Virus record (IMG/VR): IMGVR_UViG_3300045988_173421
Location: 1-53,326 of that record
Strand: one strand, 5' to 3'
DNA: 53,326 bases
From: a virus
In this document: positions 35,790 to 45,290 of the stretch, piece by piece
Position numbering within the stretch: position 1 is the stretch's first letter
Layout: the number at the start of each line of letters is the position of its first letter
The notes under the pieces: model-generated
Database searches by the model: none
What the model was told of the DNA's origin: nothing
Seen by the model: only the letters and a program-made list of their open reading frames with translations
Position numbers and translations under genes: made by a program

Positions 35790-37313
35790 TTAGGACCTCA
35801 CTTCTTTGATCAGCCTGCGTAAAGTTGCTGCTAACTCACTTGTTTCAGACCTACCATAAGCTTTTTCGAGATCAATTTCACCAGTAAGTGAACCAATCGC
35901 ATTCCCTTGACTATTAGTAAGAATAGGTTTGTTGTATTCATCGCCATCAAATGGCTCTAAAGGCTTGTTTAAGACTTTACCAACAACATCTCGTAAATCA
36001 TTCGGAGCGACTGCTTTTGCCTCAATAGCGGGTTCAAGAATCGCTTTGATGTCATCCATTTTGACAATGTTCGAAGTCTTGAAGAAGATTTCTACATACT
36101 GGAATTCATATTCTCGGAACAGTGAGTTCATTCTAGCCTCATAAGATTCACGCAGCGGCTGAAAAACTTGTTCCTCTGTTAGTTCCTTAGCCGTCTCAGC
36201 TGTAGCACGAGTATAGTCACTTGATCTGGCAACATAGATTGGTGGTAATCTAAACGAGCCTAATATAGAATCAATCACATTCTTATCATATTCGAGAAAC
36301 AACGCATCCTTCTGTAAAATATCAGCTAACTTTTCGATTCGTATTGCCGGCTTATATTTATCATCTTCGCCAAGCATCGCATCAGCTGGTGTTACTTTCT
36401 CAGCTTCTAATAATAGAAACTTGTGTTGATTTTCCTCTCCGCCAATCGCATTCGCATAGGATTGAAGGGTTGCTTCCGATTCAGCGGTTAATTGGGCATT
36501 CTCCAATGTGATTGCTAATGGAATGTGTCGGCCTTGGGTAAAATATCTGTAGTTCAATTCATCCGCTTTGCGATTGCCAATAACCTTTATCAATGCACCA
36601 ATCCAGCGAGGAACACCATATGGGTCTTGGAAGTCACCGTTCTTAAGATGAATGACTTCAGTTGCGGTTCCACTGCCTTCTTTTCCGACCGAACCATTCA
36701 CATTTAGCGGTGTAGGATCACCGAACGTTTTGTACCAGGTGCCGCTCTCAACTCCTGAATCCATTAGCGGATCTCGGAAACAAAAATAACGGACTTTGAT
36801 ATCCTGTCCGTTTTCGTTTACCACTCTATTTAGTTTTGTAACGAACATGTACTCTGGCTTAATCGAATCAATACCAACGACCTCACCTTTGCCGTTTCGA
36901 ATTACCTCTAGAAATCCATTACCACATTCTTCCACGTGACGAATGACTTCCTCAATTACTTCTTTAGCTGGTCGTTCGTAGCAGAGTTCTTTCACCAATG
37001 ATTCAAGGTGATTCCATTCGGCTTTCATTTTTTCCGTTTCTTCCAAATCTTCGACTTTGTAGCGAATACCCATTCCAAAGCCAACTACGTTTGTTTTGTA
37101 GGCTTCAATAGACTGATTTAAAATATCTGATAGATCAGTGATCGAACGTAGCACAGACAAATCGTACGGCGGATTCAACAAAGTTAAGTCTCTAAATTGT
37201 TCTCTGCCACCAGACATTTTATATGTCAGCCTTCTCTTTTTCTGAATCTTGATGTTCTGTTTCTTTATCGGTACATCTCCGCTTTTACCACCACTGATAA
37301 TTCTCGATGTCAT
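35790..37313 (-). CDS. Portal protein
   Basis: RBS AGGAGGTGG before ATG 37313; size; follows TerL. Confidence 0.75.
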   Translation of the reverse strand: MTSRIISGGKSGDVPIKKQNIKIQKKRRLTYKMSGGREQFRDLTLLNPPYDLSVLRSITDLSDILNQSIEAYKTNVVGFGMGIRYKVEDLEETEKMKAEWNHLESLVKELCYERPAKEVIEEVIRHVEECGNGFLEVIRNGKGEVVGIDSIKPEYMFVTKLNRVVNENGQDIKVRYFCFRDPLMDSGVESGTWYKTFGDPTPLNVNGSVGKEGSGTATEVIHLKNGDFQDPYGVPRWIGALIKVIGNRKADELNYRYFTQGRHIPLAITLENAQLTAESEATLQSYANAIGGEENQHKFLLLEAEKVTPADAMLGEDDKYKPAIRIEKLADILQKDALFLEYDKNVIDSILGSFRLPPIYVARSSDYTRATAETAKELTEEQVFQPLRESYEARMNSLFREYEFQYVEIFFKTSNIVKMDDIKAILEPAIEAKAVAPNDLRDVVGKVLNKPLEPFDGDEYNKPILTNSQGNAIGSLTGEIDLEKAYGRSETSELAATLRRLIKEVRS

Positions 37314-37323
37314 ATTCCACCTC

Positions 37324-38619
37324 CTAAAATGCTGTTTTTCTGTTTGCTCTCCGTTTTCTAGGTTCTTGTCCTTTTCTTCGTTCAAACTCAATGGAATAAC
37401 GCAACATCGCCATAGCATCATCGAAGAAATTCACTGGTTCATCAGTAAATGTATTAGTTCGTTCGTCCTTACGCCACTTCCATTGTTGTATTTCCTTAAT
37501 TGTCATGGTGCAGCTTGGATGAATATGTATTCGCGATTGCTTCAAATGATCTATTTGTGCTGAAACACTCCCTGGTTCTTTTACAACCGCCTCTGCATGA
37601 TATCCAGCCTTTTTCCACATTTTAATTCGATCTGGCTCAGCTGAATCACACCACATAACAAGTTTCTTATTGAATCGCTTTTCATTCGCAATTTGGATCA
37701 ACTCGCTTGTGTCCTTCTCATACTCGTATATCTCACGACACAAAAAAAGCTCACCATCTTTAAATCCAACCTCACCAATAGCATCAGCGTGATTAAACCC
37801 AAAGTCTTGAGCGTTTACCATATAATCGAATCGTTCAGGATTCGTATTAAAATTTTCTATAACGTAGTTAGTAAGGATAAGACCACCAGTTTCTCCCCAC
37901 TCGCCTAGTCCATAAACTTTGTAGCCATCGGGATCACGTTCTTTACGCATCATCATTCGTCGATGATATGCTTTATCTATGAAGCGATTTTGAAGATACG
38001 TGGACTGATGAGTAAAAATATCCGGATGTCTAACATCAAAGTACTTTGCTTTGATCCAATGCGTGGCTGATACTGGATTGAAAGTAAAAGTCATTTGATA
38101 GTATAAATGAGGATTGAAGGATAGATCTCCACGCAAGCGGTCATCCAGAATGTCAACATCAGCTTCATAGAGTTCAGTTGCTTCTTCCACCCAAATCCAA
38201 GTAAGTTTCCCATTAGCAAATGTAATGGACTTCACTTTTTCTCTTTGACTATCATCTTTCATCCCTCGAAAAATTACTTTATTACCAGTAATTTTATTTT
38301 CAAGTTCTAGTGGGCTGCTGCGTATAATCCAGTATCGATGATAATTCGAGCCATATATTTTATAAATCGCTGCTTTTAGTTCAGCAAAAGTGGAATCCTT
38401 ATTGGATTCTGCAACTTTTCTTACACATAACAAATTAGAACCTTTGTAGTTTGGATCACCGAGCTTAATGATGTAATCCTGCGCTGTATTAACCGATTTT
38501 CCAGAGCCTGCTGAACCTTTGGCTAGTCGATATCTCTTCTTCGTTTGGTTGTAGTCCCGAAAATTTTCATTGAACTGAACCTTAACTATCATCTGGCGCT
38601 TCGTTGCCGCCATCGCCAT
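37324..38619 (-). CDS. terL: Terminase large subunit (PBSX/Terminase_3-like; Walker A GSAGSGKS)
   Basis: P-loop motif and size. Confidence 0.85.
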   Translation of the reverse strand: MAMAATKRQMIVKVQFNENFRDYNQTKKRYRLAKGSAGSGKSVNTAQDYIIKLGDPNYKGSNLLCVRKVAESNKDSTFAELKAAIYKIYGSNYHRYWIIRSSPLELENKITGNKVIFRGMKDDSQREKVKSITFANGKLTWIWVEEATELYEADVDILDDRLRGDLSFNPHLYYQMTFTFNPVSATHWIKAKYFDVRHPDIFTHQSTYLQNRFIDKAYHRRMMMRKERDPDGYKVYGLGEWGETGGLILTNYVIENFNTNPERFDYMVNAQDFGFNHADAIGEVGFKDGELFLCREIYEYEKDTSELIQIANEKRFNKKLVMWCDSAEPDRIKMWKKAGYHAEAVVKEPGSVSAQIDHLKQSRIHIHPSCTMTIKEIQQWKWRKDERTNTFTDEPVNFFDDAMAMLRYSIEFERRKGQEPRKRRANRKTAF

Positions 38620-39118
38620 AATCGACCACCACCTTCAAATCCATGTTGCCATCGATATCAAATTTATCAGTCCACATTTTATGATATTTTCCAATCAAAT
38701 CAGCAGCTCGAACAACGTCACTATTTTTTGTCCTTGTCTGAACCACTTCGGCAGATTCTTCGTAAGCGAATTTATCATAAAATTCTCCTTCGGCAGATTC
38801 CAACGTTACAGCAGTAGGATTTTTAGTAATTACTACTTGATCCTCTGTTTCTTCTCGCCGCATGATTCGGGTCAAAGTTTGCAGAACTTCTGTGGCTTCT
38901 GCAATTTTTGATTTTTCAATCATATCTAACTGATAGTCAATATATGTAGATACCTTAACAGTTCTTAACAAACGACTTGCAGCACTAGCAGCAGCAGCTT
39001 CTGTTTTCACCTTATATCCCGCTTCAAGATAGGCTTGAGTAGCATTCAAACCATTAGCAAGATAATTATCAGCAAACTTTTTCGCTTTTCCTTTTAGCTC
39101 TGGTTTCACTAGTCTCAC
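38582..39118 (-). CDS. terS: Terminase small subunit
   Basis: N-terminal HTH-like region ..NGLNATQAYLEAGY.., typical of TerS. Confidence 0.7.
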   Translation of the reverse strand: MRLVKPELKGKAKKFADNYLANGLNATQAYLEAGYKVKTEAAAASAASRLLRTVKVSTYIDYQLDMIEKSKIAEATEVLQTLTRIMRREETEDQVVITKNPTAVTLESAEGEFYDKFAYEESAEVVQTRTKNSDVVRAADLIGKYHKMWTDKFDIDGNMDLKVVVDYGDGGNEAPDDS

Positions 39119-39175
39119 CTCTGTTTGATTTTATAAACAAAAAATAAATAAGACACTACTCAACCAAGTAGTATC

Positions 39176-39529
39176 TTATTTATTAAAATATTTTTTTAAC
39201 TTCATTATGCCATCAGTTATTTCTTTTAGGAGGAGTTCTTGTTCTGGATCATCAATCTTTTTGCCTTGCTTTTCAAGATTGGCCGCAGCTTCGATCACAT
39301 CTCTGGCCTCTCCCATCGTAAAAGATCCAGTTTTCTTGTACTTTTCTATAACTTTGTCAATTACTTCATAATCGCTAATTTCAAGTTTTAATTTCCCAGT
39401 TCTTTTTGCGTACCTTTTATCACTGATTCTCTTAAAAAACTTTCTAATTGACCTTGCTTGTCCTACCAATATACCTATTATAAAAATAGAAAGACTCACA
39501 ATTAGTTCAATAATGATTTGGTCTATCAT
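39176..39529 (-). CDS. Small membrane protein (N-terminal TM)
   Basis: Hydrophobic N-terminus. Confidence 0.45.
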   Translation of the reverse strand: MIDQIIIELIVSLSIFIIGILVGQARSIRKFFKRISDKRYAKRTGKLKLEISDYEVIDKVIEKYKKTGSFTMGEARDVIEAAANLEKQGKKIDDPEQELLLKEITDGIMKLKKYFNK

Positions 39530-39659
39530 TTTATTCTCCTCTTTTTTCTCTATTATACTATAAAAAAAGGACTGTTAATGACGAGACATTCAATATGCAT
39601 TTGTGCAACCTACCAGTAAGCGCTTCTCCTAGGTATGAAATCTGTGTCTCAGTTGCTAT

Positions 39660-39731
39660 TGACGCGACCGGACTCAAACCGACAACCTCTTGATTATCAG
39701 ACAAGCGCTCTGTCAATTGATCTCCGCATCA
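39660..39731 (-). tRNA. Degenerate tRNA-Ile(GAU)-like gene (anticodon loop CUGAUAA; mismatches in the D and T stems); possibly a pseudo-tRNA
   Basis: Manual alignment to Firmicute tRNA-Ile; acceptor TGATGCG/CGCGTCA. Confidence 0.45.
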
Positions 39732-39829
39732 GGGCTGATATAGCACAAGATAAGAAAGTTAGTTTCTCCGTTCCCTTATTACGTCCGACTTATCTAGAAG
39801 CGGAATCAACTTATCTGTACTAAAGCCTA

Positions 39830-39902
39830 TGGACCTTGTAGGATTCGAACCCACGACCAGCCTATCATGAGTAGGCAGCTCTACCAACTGAGCTAAAGGT
39901 CC
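39830..39902 (-). tRNA. tRNA-Met (anticodon CAU; could be elongator, initiator or Ile2-lysidine type)
   Basis: Clean cloverleaf GGACCTT-TA-GCTC..GAGC-T-GCCTA-CTCATGA-TAGGC..GTGGG-TTCGAAT-CCTAC-AAGGTCC-A. Confidence 0.85.
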
Positions 39903-39925
39903 ATTTCGGCGGCACGTGAACTTTA

Positions 39926-39963
39926 AAGGAAGAGGAGCTATTCACTTCCTTCTTTATTTTTTT
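39926..39963 (+). terminator. Hairpin AAGGAAG...CTTCCTT plus T-run, nested inside the longer inverted repeat CGGCGGCAC/GTGCCGCC (39907-39975). A related motif occurs at 39985-40015. Possible terminator or cos/pac-region structure.
   Basis: Seen in sequence. Confidence 0.35.
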
Positions 39964-40235
39964 AATTGTGCCGCCTAAGATTGTAGAAACCGAGAGAGGA
40001 AGCTGTTCACCTCCTTTTTCCATAGAATATTGTGAGTAGTCTATGATTTTTGATAACTCTCTAATAAAAACAGCTAGTTCAGATGGTTGTTCATTTACTC
40101 CACTTTTTAGCAGTTGTCCTGTTTATGATGTTCGTCTGACTAGCTGTAAATATACTAATTTGATAATAATAGTATATAGCAGAAAAACGTGATTAACCCG
40201 CCAAATATCCCGCAAAAAACCGCCAAAATAATTGT

Positions 40236-40652
40236 TCAACGATATGCGATCAATCTGCCTTTTTTATAAGCTTCAGCAAATTCAATTAGAGCTTCTGACA
40301 TTAGTCTTTCAACGCTGCGCTCAGAGTAGCCAATTTCACGGCCGATTTTATAATTAGAATAACCATCAGGTGCACAGTAGCGGTAATAGAGAACTTGACG
40401 ACTTGTTATTCCCAAAGACATCAAAGCTGCTAAAATAGCATCTCTTTCAGCTTCAGCTTCCATAAATTGGATCATTCCGTCTTCCGCCTTGTTCCCCCAT
40501 CTATCGCCTTTTGGCATGTCTGACATGACTGGTGACTTAATATCTATCATTGACTTTCCCGCTATACGTACCCACTTACGATAATTTTTCAATATTTTTC
40601 TTGCATTACATTTAGTTTGATAAAAATCGACTTCTCTCAATAGCGCTATCAT
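40236..40652 (-). CDS. arpU: ArpU-family late transcriptional regulator
   Basis: C-terminal sigma-70 region-4-like HTH (..GREIGYSERSVERLMSEALIEF..); RBS AAGGAGCGG before the internal ATG at 40652; located upstream of terS. Confidence 0.7.
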   Translation of the reverse strand: MIALLREVDFYQTKCNARKILKNYRKWVRIAGKSMIDIKSPVMSDMPKGDRWGNKAEDGMIQFMEAEAERDAILAALMSLGITSRQVLYYRYCAPDGYSNYKIGREIGYSERSVERLMSEALIEFAEAYKKGRLIAYR

Positions 40653-40911
40653 GCCATCCGCTCCTTGTGCTATAATGTTATTGACTAGATAACATTTAGC
40701 GCTGAGCGAAAGCTTGGTGTTTTTTTGTGATATAATCGTTGTGAGCTGGGCTTTTCCTTCAATGGGCGCAAGCATATTTCAACTAGCTCAGGACTGCTAT
40801 ATCGGGTAGCAGTCCTTTTTTTATGCTATAATCCAAGCAGGCTAGGTTTCACTCGCTTCCTACAAACGAATTTCTAGTCTATTGGTCGCCTCTTAAGGAG
40901 CTGCGGCCTTT

Positions 40912-41112
40912 TTATCTTTCAGAATCAGTTAAATTGATGCCGTTTATTTTAGCTTCAACATAAAGTCTGTTTAGAGTATTTCTCTCATTATCAATGTATT
41001 TTTCTATGGACGCTCGAGCAGTTGGATTTTGTTTTGTTTTCAGTTCTTCTTCGAGCAAAGCAATCTTATCTTTTTGTAACGCTATTTGTGATCGAATCCT
41101 TCTAGGTATCAT
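40912..41112 (-). CDS. Hypothetical protein (66 aa, coiled coil)
   Basis: ORF. Confidence 0.45.
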   Translation of the reverse strand: MIPRRIRSQIALQKDKIALLEEELKTKQNPTARASIEKYIDNERNTLNRLYVEAKINGINLTDSER

Positions 41113-41148
41113 TTGAAACCTCCTTAATTGGCGACGATCCCGGATCTA

Positions 41149-41388
41149 CTAAAAGTCTTGACTGCGAATCAATTTTCGTGCAAATGAGCAGTTGACAATC
41201 TCATTAATAGACTTCAAGTAATCGCCAAGCTCTTTTTCAGCCTTTTCTTTTGCTTCAAACATAGTGGTAGCATATACAACTAGCGTGCAGCCAAAACCGT
41301 GTTTATTTGTGTACCTAACCATAAATTCATCTTTCACTTCGGCACCTCCTACGGCAATCCTATATAAACTACAATAGATTTTTCCCAT
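41149..41388 (-). CDS. Hypothetical protein (79 aa)
   Basis: ORF. Confidence 0.45.
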   Translation of the reverse strand: MGKIYCSLYRIAVGGAEVKDEFMVRYTNKHGFGCTLVVYATTMFEAKEKAEKELGDYLKSINEIVNCSFARKLIRSQDF

Positions 41389-41714
41389 TCATACTCATTT
41401 ACTCTTGTTGTTGCCATTTGATTAATTATGGCTGGGTCTGGCTCAACATTGTTAGAAAATATCTCATCGTAAATGAGATCAAATTCTTTTTCTAGCAAAT
41501 CCTCTTCATCATTAGATTTGAAATAGATTCGTTCTCCGTTATCCCAAACATAATCAATTTCTGCTTTTCCAAATGAACCTAGCCAATTTGTGTGTTCATC
41601 ACTAGCAACAATCTCACTGTCAACCATCGGAACAATAGGTAGATCAGGATTTTCCTTGATCAGATTAAGTAGCTCTGCTACGTTCTCTTTTTGAATCTCA
41701 CTTTGTGTTTTCAT
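41349..41714 (-). CDS. Hypothetical protein (121 aa)
   Basis: ORF. Confidence 0.5.
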   Translation of the reverse strand: MKTQSEIQKENVAELLNLIKENPDLPIVPMVDSEIVASDEHTNWLGSFGKAEIDYVWDNGERIYFKSNDEEDLLEKEFDLIYDEIFSNNVEPDPAIINQMATTRVNEYEWEKSIVVYIGLP

Positions 41715-42196
41715 TAGCTTTCCACCTCCAACAACTCTGGATTCTCGTAAATATTGCCTATAACTTTGAAGTCTTCAACTGATCTACAGATACATACATC
41801 AAAACCGGTTCTCTTCAACTTGAAACATCCATCAACAAATACAACAGAATCAATTTCATCTATTTCTTCGAAGAAGGCATCAATATAAGCGCCGTTTTCA
41901 TCTCTTTGATTGATCTGCTCTGAATCTAATACGTGTACGATATCACCATCAGAAATTTCTAAACCATTTATTTCTGTTGACTGCATGAGAATCACATTTC
42001 CGAAGCTTCTCTCGATTGCGCCATGCATGAATTCCACCAGATCAAGCGACCAATCAATTGCAGTCACTTCTCTAATCACTTTATCTATTTTGTCCCAAGC
42101 TTTAAACTTCGGTATCATATTACTCACTTCCATTTCTAATTTGTTGTACAATAGTGATGAGCTGGCCCCTCCTTTTTTCAATCGGGTTAAAAGCAT
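41714..42196 (-). CDS. Hypothetical protein (160 aa)
   Basis: ORF. Confidence 0.5.
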   Translation of the reverse strand: MLLTRLKKGGASSSLLYNKLEMEVSNMIPKFKAWDKIDKVIREVTAIDWSLDLVEFMHGAIERSFGNVILMQSTEINGLEISDGDIVHVLDSEQINQRDENGAYIDAFFEEIDEIDSVVFVDGCFKLKRTGFDVCICRSVEDFKVIGNIYENPELLEVES

Positions 42197-42212
42197 ATTT
42201 TAATCAGCTCAC

Positions 42213-42419
42213 GACCGCTGACCAATCCCCAGCGGTCTTTTTTTGTTACAAATTATTTATAACTTATTTCTTCTTAACTACCGTTCGCGCTTGAAACTAA
42301 AACGGTTACTTGTTACGCTTTTAGTGTCTTTTGAGAAGACACCAATTGTGCGCAGCTAGGTAAACATGCTTCCCCACCTAGCCATAGACTGCCGTTTCAT
42401 ACCGCGGCAGTCTTTTTGT
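42213..42419 (+). other. Structured intergenic element: two plus-strand intrinsic terminators (GACCGCTG...CAGCGGTC plus T7 at 42213-42244; CTGCCG...CGGCAG plus T5 at 42390-42419) bracketing about 150 nt with three further hairpins; candidate plus-strand ncRNA
   Basis: Hairpins ACCGTT/AACGGT, GTGTCTT/AAGACAC and GCTAGGT/ACCTAGC; T-runs only in the plus-strand sense. Confidence 0.35.
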
Positions 42420-42434
42420 ATGGTAATAGCTTTG

Positions 42435-42929
42435 TTAACCTATTACTTTAAACTTTGATAGTCGATCCTCTTTGACCGCTTGACTCATTTCCTCGTCACT
42501 CCACGGCCGGAACAATCTTGAATGATAGGTAATTACTAAGTCAACGAACTCAAACTCAATTGATTCAAGATTCGTTATTTCACCGCAAATTCCATCAAAT
42601 ACAAAAATGTCTCCAACCCTGTAGAGTGGATTTTCTTCTGTGAACTCACCTTTGGGGTATTTTCTTACAAATTCACTTGTTCTTTCATATTGGCTAAAAT
42701 CGGATTTACCACCAACTAGCTGGGCTACGCCTTCCACTTCCATCCGCGCGGAACTACTATAAAAATGTTTAATTTCAACAATGTGTGTCAAAACATATTT
42801 TTCATCTTTATAGTTAAAAATTTCTCCAACTTTGATTTTTTTGTTAAAACCTTTTCTACGCAATGTAAAGATTGCTTGCAACATAGCACCTCGTTTCTCC
42901 TCTATTGCTTCGGTTACCGGAAATAACAA
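42435..42929 (-). CDS. Hypothetical protein (164 aa)
   Basis: ORF. Confidence 0.5.
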   Translation of the reverse strand: MLFPVTEAIEEKRGAMLQAIFTLRRKGFNKKIKVGEIFNYKDEKYVLTHIVEIKHFYSSSARMEVEGVAQLVGGKSDFSQYERTSEFVRKYPKGEFTEENPLYRVGDIFVFDGICGEITNLESIEFEFVDLVITYHSRLFRPWSDEEMSQAVKEDRLSKFKVIG

Positions 42930-42937
42930 TCACTTGA

Positions 42938-43309
42938 TCAGTGCTCAAGCCACATGCTGTCATAACTTTCAATTTCGTTATCATTTCCTACCGATTCGCC
43001 GCCCACCGTATAAAAAGTAATAGTGTCCTCTTCATAGCAATCTTCGCAATATCTTGTATGCTCATCTTGCTTAATGTAAGTATCTCCAACAGACAAATCT
43101 TTATCGCAAGATTCGCAATATAAATCGATTTCTTCTTCGCCTAAATATTTCGTATAGTAGCTAGCTCGTTGATTATCAGGAACCAGTTTAAGAGCTCTTT
43201 CTTTCGTTCTTAAGTATCTTTTTTCAATAATTCGATCATTGAATACAGTTCCTACTACGTACTTGGTTAACTTCATTCTCACACCTACACTTTCTCGATC
43301 AAACCCCAA
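42938..43309 (-). CDS. Zn-ribbon-containing hypothetical protein (CxxC...CxxC)
   Basis: Cys pairs CESCD and CEDCY. Confidence 0.5.
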   Translation of the reverse strand: MGFDRESVGVRMKLTKYVVGTVFNDRIIEKRYLRTKERALKLVPDNQRASYYTKYLGEEEIDLYCESCDKDLSVGDTYIKQDEHTRYCEDCYEEDTITFYTVGGESVGNDNEIESYDSMWLEH

Positions 43310-43488
43310 GCTTTCGCCTGAAGCTTATACCTGTACTGATTGTCTTTCAGGTAAGCCAATCTATTACTTAGTGACTTCACGCTTTCCAACATGCACCACT
43401 GTCTTGCTTGTTCAAGTTCATATTCCAATTGATCAATCTCGTCTTGGTGATCTTGAATGATTCCCATAATGTTTTTCATGTTTAGCAT
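43285..43488 (-). CDS. Hypothetical protein (67 aa)
   Basis: ORF. Confidence 0.4.
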   Translation of the reverse strand: MLNMKNIMGIIQDHQDEIDQLEYELEQARQWCMLESVKSLSNRLAYLKDNQYRYKLQAKAWGLIEKV

Positions 43489-43497
43489 CTCTCACAC

Positions 43498-44046
43498 CTA
43501 CACTTTCTCGACTGTGCCGCCGAGATTTTTAGCCACCGAAGAAGCTGTTCCCTCATTTTTATATTTGATAATCGACTCATCTTCACCAAGCACCGTGTTC
43601 ATCACAAATTGAGCAGTGGTATCTTCCCAACCACAAAAATATAAATTACCAACTTTAACCACCCACTTCGGTTCTTCCTCGACCTCGTAGCCGTCTAGCC
43701 AAGCGCGCATATATTTTTCAGGATGTTTAACAAGCCAATCAATAGCGTTCTCATTTTCCCCAGCTTTGTCTTTCCTGCAATACCAATCTTTAAAGGTAAT
43801 TAGTAATGCCAATAGGTCGACATCAGTCGAATTACGATAATAGTCAAGTAATTCTCCAACACATTTTGGCACTTTGACTTTCTGCGGTTCTTCTAATTTG
43901 GTAAGGACACTTTTTGCTATTCCCAAACCTGCAAAGACACCTGTGGACAATGTTTTGTTATTGGCTTCTACGCCTGTGCTTGTTGCTACATGAAAAAATT
44001 GGGTACTTGTTGTTTCAAGTTCTTCTAAAACTTCTTGTTTATTCAT
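43498..44046 (-). CDS. Hypothetical protein (182 aa)
   Basis: ORF with an RBS. Confidence 0.5.
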   Translation of the reverse strand: MNKQEVLEELETTSTQFFHVATSTGVEANNKTLSTGVFAGLGIAKSVLTKLEEPQKVKVPKCVGELLDYYRNSTDVDLLALLITFKDWYCRKDKAGENENAIDWLVKHPEKYMRAWLDGYEVEEEPKWVVKVGNLYFCGWEDTTAQFVMNTVLGEDESIIKYKNEGTASSVAKNLGGTVEKV

Positions 44047-44061
44047 AAATACCTCCTAAAT

Positions 44062-44098
44062 TCTATGTGATCAAAAAGTTGATTAATGATCACATAGA
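44062..44098. promoter_or_regulatory. Perfect 12-bp inverted repeat TCTATGTGATCA-N13-TGATCACATAGA in the divergent promoter region; operator-like
   Basis: Seen in sequence, between a minus-strand gene start and the plus-strand moron. Confidence 0.5.
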
Positions 44099-44188
44099 TT
44101 CTTACTTGATAGGCTGAATTAGCGTATTATTTACGTTTTATTTTCATTATTTTATTCATAAGGTTATACTATTATTTATCATAAGGAG

Positions 44189-44716
44189 GTGATAAGCATG
44201 GTAAGAAAAATTGGATTTAGTTGGGAATATTTTTTAATTGGATTACTTTTTGTTATAGCTTCTTTAGTATCATTTAATAATCCAGATAGTAGTTTAAAAG
44301 CAGTTGTCTACGTTTTTGCCATTGCTGCAGTTTTAAAGGGAATTTTTGAACTGTTTTTTAGACGTAAACTTCATGAATTCACTAATCAAAAATCAACCCT
44401 ACTAATGATTCTCGGTATATTTGACCTGCTAATTGGTGTATTTTTACTCTTCAATACTAATGCAGGTTTACTAGCCCTACCTTATATTTTTGCTATTTGG
44501 TTTATTGTAGATTCAATTATGGGGCTTGTAGGAGCAGATATTTACAAGGTCAATGGATCAAGTTACTATTGGTTTATTCTGATAGTAAATATTATTGGGA
44601 TAATTGTAGGAATTATGCTCTTATTTAATCCAATTGTTTCAGCATTTACATTAGCATTCTTAGTTGGTTTTTATTTAATGATGATTGGAATTTCTCTTAT
44701 CGCATATGCGTTTTAA
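44189..44716 (+). CDS. HdeD/DUF308-like multi-pass membrane protein; opposite-strand moron in the early region
   Basis: Perfect RBS AAGGAGGTGA; five to six hydrophobic helices; terminator AATAGAGGCTTCTGCCTCTATTTTT follows. Confidence 0.6.
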   Translation: MISMVRKIGFSWEYFLIGLLFVIASLVSFNNPDSSLKAVVYVFAIAAVLKGIFELFFRRKLHEFTNQKSTLLMILGIFDLLIGVFLLFNTNAGLLALPYIFAIWFIVDSIMGLVGADIYKVNGSSYYWFILIVNIIGIIVGIMLLFNPIVSAFTLAFLVGFYLMMIGISLIAYAF

Positions 44717-44765
44717 AATAGAGGCTTCTGCCTCTATTTTTATATGATAGGCGTGGTTACCGGAA

Positions 44766-44921
44766 CTATTCGTCCATTTCATTAATAATTTTTACAACTT
44801 CTGACTTAGCGGATTTACTTAATCTGTAAAAAATAATCTGATTTCTGTTTCTAAATTTCATGTTTGCATATTCTCTTCCAAGCGCTATGCCTAAAATGAA
44901 TAGAATAATGGTCCATGTCAT
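44766..44921 (-). CDS. Small single-TM protein (51 aa, MTWTIILFILGIALG...)
   Basis: Strong RBS AAGGAGGACGG. Below the ORF-track cutoff. Confidence 0.45.
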   Translation of the reverse strand: MTWTIILFILGIALGREYANMKFRNRNQIIFYRLSKSAKSEVVKIINEMDE

Positions 44922-44942
44922 TCGCCGTCCTCCTTAGCCTTC

Positions 44943-45290
44943 CTACTTGGTAGGTTCCAAATAACCTTCAAGATACTCTATCGTCCTTTTGATCTCTTTA
45001 ACTTTGTTTTTAATGACTTCCTGCACATCAATTTCACTATTAAATGTGTTTCTGTTTGCCCAAATCATTTCAAGATGAACGGCTTGCTTTTGGATTTCAC
45101 TAGCATGCCCAACAATGTAATTCAGCTGATACTGGGAGTACCCCAGCGGATATTTTTCTTTGAAACCGGCCGCCCATGCTTCTAATGTTCCTTTGCTCAT
45201 TTCAAAACCTCCTTGATTGTGGTCGCTAGTAGAACTATTCAGTCTCTTCGATAGGCTCATATCCATATGCTTTAACCATTTTATTTCCAC
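44943..45290 (-). CDS. Hypothetical protein (115 aa)
   Basis: ORF. Confidence 0.5.
   Translation of the reverse strand: MEIKWLKHMDMSLSKRLNSSTSDHNQGGFEMSKGTLEAWAAGFKEKYPLGYSQYQLNYIVGHASEIQKQAVHLEMIWANRNTFNSEIDVQEVIKNKVKEIKRTIEYLEGYLEPTK

Noticed and set aside
39635-39823. 62-aa plus-strand ORF
   Set aside because: It overlaps the tRNA-Ile-like gene on the other strand and is almost certainly non-coding.
40776-40911. Plus-strand hairpin plus T-run and a TGcTATAAT-like motif upstream of arpU
   Set aside because: They could be a small plus-strand transcript, but the motifs sit in the AT-rich 5' leader of arpU. Promoter prediction on the opposite strand is weak, so the call is left as unresolved rather than a feature.
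41910-42203. 97-aa plus-strand ORF
   Set aside because: It is antisense to the 41714-42196 gene and has no RBS.
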